This document shows positions 57,811-64,000 of a stretch of DNA of 64,000 nucleotides, piece by piece. A program made the position numbers and the translations under genes. Position 1 is the stretch's first letter. Every line of letters starts with the position of its first letter. The stretch comes from Octopus vulgaris (taxonomy: Eukaryota), in assembly GCA_951406725.2 (NCBI GenBank), contig OX597818.1:63364001-63428000 (forward strand). The letters are read 5' to 3'. Below the pieces are notes generated by a model. The model was not told the origin of the DNA. It searched no databases and saw only the letters and a list, made by a program, of their open reading frames with translations.

Positions 57811-58233
57811 TTTTTTTTTTTTGACACCTGATATGTTATTATTGATCATTTATATAAATGAAACTATACACTTTAATTTACTGTCTTTGTTTACATAAAA
57901 TGAGTAGAAACCTTGCAGAACTAATATTTTAACGGGTCACATGTTTTCATCACGAGTACAGACCCATCTGCATCGTCGGATGTTCCTGAACCAGTTGTTA
58001 AATATCTCTCCTGTGAAGGATCGATGCTAGTCGTGTCGAAATAATTGTTGTGAGTAATAAGGTTTCCCGTATCTTTCATCTTCTGACTTTCATCTACCAT
58101 GTTACATAACGAACGCTGTGAAAGTGACCACGCTTCATCGGGAACCACCAGGTACATTCGCGTCATCGGTGTTGTTTATTATCTAATATATACATACATA
58201 CATACATACATACATACATACATACATACATAC

Positions 58234-58297
<64 letters not shown>

Positions 58298-58548
58298 GAA
58301 TTTTGCTATATATTATTACAGTTTTTGTAGTAAATATATATATATATATGTCGGTATGAAATCAAACATGGGTGTGTGATAGACAGTTTTATCGCTTATA
58401 AAGCAGAGATCATAAATAATGTTAAATATATCGCCAGATTCACAGTTCGGTGCTTGCGCTCACTCTAGAGATATCTTACCTCATATGTTTATTCAGGAGA
58501 CATGGTTAATTTGTTGATAAACATCTCTAGATATTTCGCGTCCCATTC

Positions 58549-58647
<99 letters not shown>

Positions 58648-60364
58648 ATTTCCATAGGCATTATGCTTCTGTATTTTTTGCTGCATGTTTCTCAAAACTT
58701 ATGTAGCACTTCATAAATCCTTAACTGAGGTAAAATACATTTCGATGTAATTATTACACGAATATTATAATGTATTTTTCAAACTAAATGTTGTAGCAAA
58801 ACTTTCCGAGGAAACAAAATCATCTGTGTGGAATTTGTTATCGAGGGAATTAAAGATTATTTTTCATAAACGTATTTATATAACTGATTAATATTTTCTA
58901 ATCAGTGTCAGCCGTTATCTCTAGTTTTAAAAACTGTCACGTATTTTGATGAAGGGCACTTAATTCTGAAAATTAAACCGGTTAATGGTTATAGAGGAAT
59001 GAACTAATGATTTCTGAAAAAAGTATATATTTTTGCGAAATGGAAGATTTATTTCTGTTGAATGGTCTAATCGGTTAACTGTTGATTAATCAGCGTGTCA
59101 CTGTTCGCTCGTGTATTCAGTGAACCAAATGAATTCAGAGTTCAGTAACCTATTACATTATTGTATGCGTTGTTTTGTTGTGGATGATACATACTTGAAT
59201 CTACTAGGTTTATGTTAAATTGAAGTGTCTTAATGAAACAATTGTACCATCCGTCTACTTTCACTAGATATTCCCCAACTTTACACGGAACCAATGTTAT
59301 ACGGGAGTGTAAATTATTGACGTAGGAAGTGATGTATTTCAATAGCAATGGTATACATAATATGTATTTCACATTAGCTAGCATATGAAATATTTAATTC
59401 TAACAAGGCTGCTTAACCGATAATTAAACATTTAAATCTAATGTCATTATTGCAGTATCCGCCATGATTCAATATATCGTATCAACAATATATCATTATT
59501 AACATTGCACGCTGAAGCAACAAATTATAAAATGCTCAAACTTGTATTTATCACATCATCATAAGTGACTGTATATTCGATATTTAGCAAGCAATAATCG
59601 TTCGGTGTTTCGAGGCCGATAAATTGTTTTGGTAAGTTTTACTTATTTTCTCAAAAGCAGCAATCCAGTATTCACATCTATCTCTTTCAGATACGTTTTG
59701 ATGCCAGAAGTATCCATAAAAGATTAATAATTAGAAATGAAATTCTAATTATTAATGAAAGTATCCATAAAAGATTAATAATTAGGAATAAAATTGATGA
59801 AATATTTGTGAAATATGCATTTCACGAGTTACCTGCAACTGATTTCTCCAGCATCTTATTGAATAGTTTTATTTTAATTTTTTGTACAATAAAACAGATA
59901 AGTTATAGGACAGAAATATAGACATAACGCAACATGAGGACGAACCAAATTGATATACACATTCAATTTGATTATTGGACATATAAAATTACTGTCGGTT
60001 CAATTTAATGTCATTGTCTTTAATTATTCTGTCAACACACACATATGCATCTTTACATAGCAAGACAGGTTTGAATATGATATCGTGCAATGGAATTTCA
60101 CGACTTATAAAAATAAATGTTCCATGAAACAGTTTAAATATAAATCGAAATGCATTGAAAATGTCTCGATATAAACAATACAAGCATAAACACGTTCACT
60201 AAAATACGCAAAGATCCATGAACATGCGTATGTAAAATGCATTTCAATAATCTTTAAACGTGAAACCGTTAAATGGTATGGTTTTACATAAACATGTATA
60301 GCATGTTGGAACGTTAAAGATGTCATTTTCCTTTTATTGTATTCACAACAGACCATATCAATAT

Positions 60365-60665
60365 TCTTTATATATAAAAGTGAAGTTGTGTGTCTGTCTC
60401 CTACGATTTAGATTCCTAACTACTCCCATATTTTGCGGTGCAGTTTAACCAAAAGCGGGTATCTTATAGTCGTCATTCATATCGAGCCATTCTGGGTATT
60501 AGCGCGCGTCTACGATGAGTCTACGATTAAAAAAAAAAATTACCATAATTTTTTCCCATTTTTAATGCATTTTTTTTTGCTATTATATAAGGGTCGTAAC
60601 TCTCTAAAAATGCTTATATAGTTATTTCCCTTACAAACCCGAGCAACGCCGTGCGATACTGCTAG
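60365..60665 (+). mobile_element. Non-autonomous Helitron
   Basis: Same family as 55929-56216, with TC...CTAG ends. Confidence 0.8.
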
Positions 60666-61229
60666 TTTCATATATAATTCAGGAAGATTCTCTAAAACTA
60701 GGTGTGACAGTGAATTTACCCAACATTTCCATGCACATTTCCCCCAATTTGACTATTAAATAGGTTAACTCTGCAGCTGTTGTCAGTCAAACATATATAC
60801 TAATTCTCCATGACTTACATAAAATGTGCGACACGGATTTAGTGTGTTTGTTTGACTTCCTTCTATTTTCCGCTTTATTTCTTGTAGTGCGTTCTTATAT
60901 TTGAGAAATAGTTAAGTTCTGATGGGAAGCATCAGTATCTTCAAATTACTTGCGATTATGCCAGTGGCATTGTGAATCCTTATTCTTTTACTTTGAAATC
61001 TGATAAACCATTAACATCTAAAGAGAATAAAACTACCGGTACAGATGACAAGGCATAAAAATATCCCATCAAGAATCCTAGAGCATCAATCTAACGGGAA
61101 ACAAAATAGACGAATAAGCAAAGGGCAAAATACTTTCTTTCTTCCCAAAACAGTAACTGCGAAAACAAAAAATATATTAGTTTGGGCTACAAGTGCTTGT
61201 GCTTTCTTTTAGGCGAGCATAAGGCGCAA

Positions 61230-62330
61230 GATTTAGATAACAAGTGAATTATTCATTCAACAAAATCCTTGTTGCTTCTTTCCAATAACGTCTGCCAGCC
61301 TCATGGTAAACGCGTTGTATTTTGCCCCAAGATTTTAGTATCTTTCCTCTCAAAAACATTTCCATTTGGATTCGTATATAATCTTCTAAGTTGAAGGTGT
61401 TCTCATTCAATGAAGTTTGAAGAGAGCAAAACATTTACAGTTCTGAAATCGTAAAGACGCTCGAATATAGATCGTACGGTAAAACATCAGAGGTAAGCTC
61501 CCGTAATTTCTGCTGCATTTACAAGGAAATTTACGCTCTGGCACTGTCTTGATGAAGAATAAAATGTTAAGATGAGCAAATGCTAGAGATTTCTTGTAGA
61601 TTGTTGCGCTAAATTTGTCCAAATGGTCACAATATGTATTGATAGTTTTGCCTGTTGGAAGAATACATCATCCTTCTAATGCTACTAAATTGAAATGTGA
61701 ATGTTCTCTGTGCGAAGTCATAATGTTGAGGTTGTGTATGCTAGTTCGCCATGCTGCCCCACGATCTTTTGCGCTGCAACTTGGTATAGATGATCCACTT
61801 TTCTTCCTCCGTCACCATTCTTTTCAAAAAAGATAGCTTTCTTGAGATTACTGCACCAAATCTCAGACGGAAAGTCTGGGCGACGTGACCCAAACATCGA
61901 GGCTATGGACATAACCAATTATAATTTCAATACACTATTTAAGCATCTGGAGAATATCGGCGTTCATCTTGGGCGAAAGTACTGAGTAATGTCCATGCGG
62001 ACTTTCTCCGCATACACAAATCTGCCGTTAAAATGAAATGCTCTTATATTTTGCTTATTCTCACTTCCTGACCAATTTCTTGGCTGGTTACTCGACGCTC
62101 TTCCATTGCTACTCGAAACATTCTCCATCTTCCATGACTAGCCGAAACATTTTAACCATTACTCGCTTTTCCTTATCTGAGTTTTAACCCATGGTGTCAT
62201 AGCCAAAGACCAGCTAAATCTTCTGAATGGTTTTAGTTTGAGTGTCACCTAGCTTTTGGCAACACTTGATCTAATATTTCTACTAGATATGTTAGGACAT
62301 CTTACGTGAAAGCAAAAATTCGTTGAGCAC
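61230..62330 (-). mobile_element. Degraded mariner element
   Basis: IKCCQKLGDTQTKT...RRVTSQEIGQEV (N-terminus), KRMVTEEEKWIIY...RKRSW (first catalytic D region) and FCSLQTSLNENTF (C-terminus). Confidence 0.7.
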
Positions 62331-63775
62331 GCACAACGCGTCTCTAATCTGAGAAGAATACTCGCGCAGGAAGAGTAGCTTCATTTCCCAACCAAAGGAT
62401 TTAGCCCACGTGACATTACTTTTAACAGAACCAGATAAAAGTGGATACTTTTTAAACGCTCCACATATACGAGTATCAGTGTATTTCTAGGGAATTTTTT
62501 CCGTAACCTTTTGATAATTTGCTGGAAAAAACAGTTTCTTTCACTGTTACATACTTAACATGCTTAATACTTTTTCTTTTGTTATTTAATTACTTCTATT
62601 TTTCTTTACGTTTTGTGGGAGTATTTTTCATCCAACGGCATGCAATATAGTGATCCCGAATTTGCGAATGTTCATTGTGTCAACGATGTCCGATGTAATG
62701 GAGGCTTAACGAGGCATAACGTAGAACATAGGACAAAAGATTCTTTAAAAAATAGTAGAATAGATAATCACATTATTCATCGTGAATAATGTGATGATTC
62801 TAATTGAGATAAATGCCGTTCATTTAGGAAGCGAAATCTCATTTCTTTAAGAATGGAAATAGCTACATTATTATGTAATATTTTTGGCAGATCTTCTTCA
62901 GTTGTATTGAAATTGCGTTACTGTATACGGTAGTGGGTGTTTTAGGGAGCTCCATAAAGGTGATGAACAATTACTGAATTCTCTCCCTTATATTTTCTAA
63001 AACATCCACATGTTTATGATGTCGATCGTCCAGCTCGACAGGAAGCAGCGATGGATGCCAGGTTATCATATGATGACAAGATAAATTATCAGTTATTTCG
63101 AAATATGACAGGCCAAGACATTATTGGAAATCGAATAAACAGAATTGTTTGTTGCTCCATGTTAGCGAAAGATTCTCGAAGTTTACGCAGCAATTTGCAC
63201 CATAATGTGCACGAAAATCATTGCACCAAGTTATTATAATCAGCACTGCCCCTGGCAATTTAATCGCCAGAGTTTATGGCCTTTTTTTATGGAAGAATTC
63301 TGAGATGACAAAAGCACATTATTTTGCTCCTTTAAAGAGTCTAACGGCACATAACCGTTTATTAAAGGGATCAGATATGTACCCTTAAATATATCTTTCA
63401 GAAAATAAAGTGATCGTGTTTGATACTGGGATAGTTATCGTATCTGTTTAGCAAGTTTTAGTGCATTCTTAATATGAGATGATCAAACATACCTTTCTTC
63501 GTACCTCACCTATACAAAATGTTTAACCTCTTTCAATTTGATCTTTTCTATGAAGACATGTTTCACTGAGAAGAGCAACAAATGAGATAAGGCTCAATTC
63601 CTGCATATTCAATCTACATATATAGATGCAAACATACACCCACATATATCTGCATGTAAGCATACACACATGGATGCAAATGTACGAGAGAAGCTGAAAA
63701 TATTCTGTCTTTCGATAAAAGAAAATATAGGAAGATTAGTTAATTATGATTTTATCCAATGTATTCCCCCTCTCA

Positions 63776-63818
<43 letters not shown>

Positions 63819-64000
63819 ATTGCTGCTGTCCTTCAGTTTGTCTAAGCACTGTAGAAGAACTCGGAAGTTTGGGCCTCCAACCAGGCTTTTCGCAATACCC
63901 TACATTTTTCAGCGCTCCCTAGTAGAGATAGGAGTCGTGGTACACCGGTGGTTACGACGACGTGGGTTCTAGTTGATCCGATCAAAGGAAGAATCTGCTC

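Overview
AT-rich, microsatellite-dense eukaryotic DNA. The SINE and microsatellite content looks cephalopod (octopus-like); this is an inference. I found no intact protein-coding gene, and most long ORFs in the track are microsatellite artefacts. Much of the window is mobile DNA: three SINE families, fragments of CR1/L2, R4/Dong and Penelope-like retroelements, degraded mariners, a TIR element, three non-autonomous Helitrons and several long palindromes. The main hidden signal is in the unique-looking DNA between the repeats. From about 1.7 to 63.6 kb it translates, mostly on the + strand, into stop- and frameshift-riddled leucine-rich-repeat (LRR) units with no convincing TM or TIR domain. 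That suggests a very large fossil LRR array later riddled by transposons. Secondary signals are hammerhead-ribozyme cores in Penelope-type ends, an old inverted duplication inside the LRR array, and nested insertions that allow relative dating. All translations and alignments were done by eye, and many boundaries are approximate.
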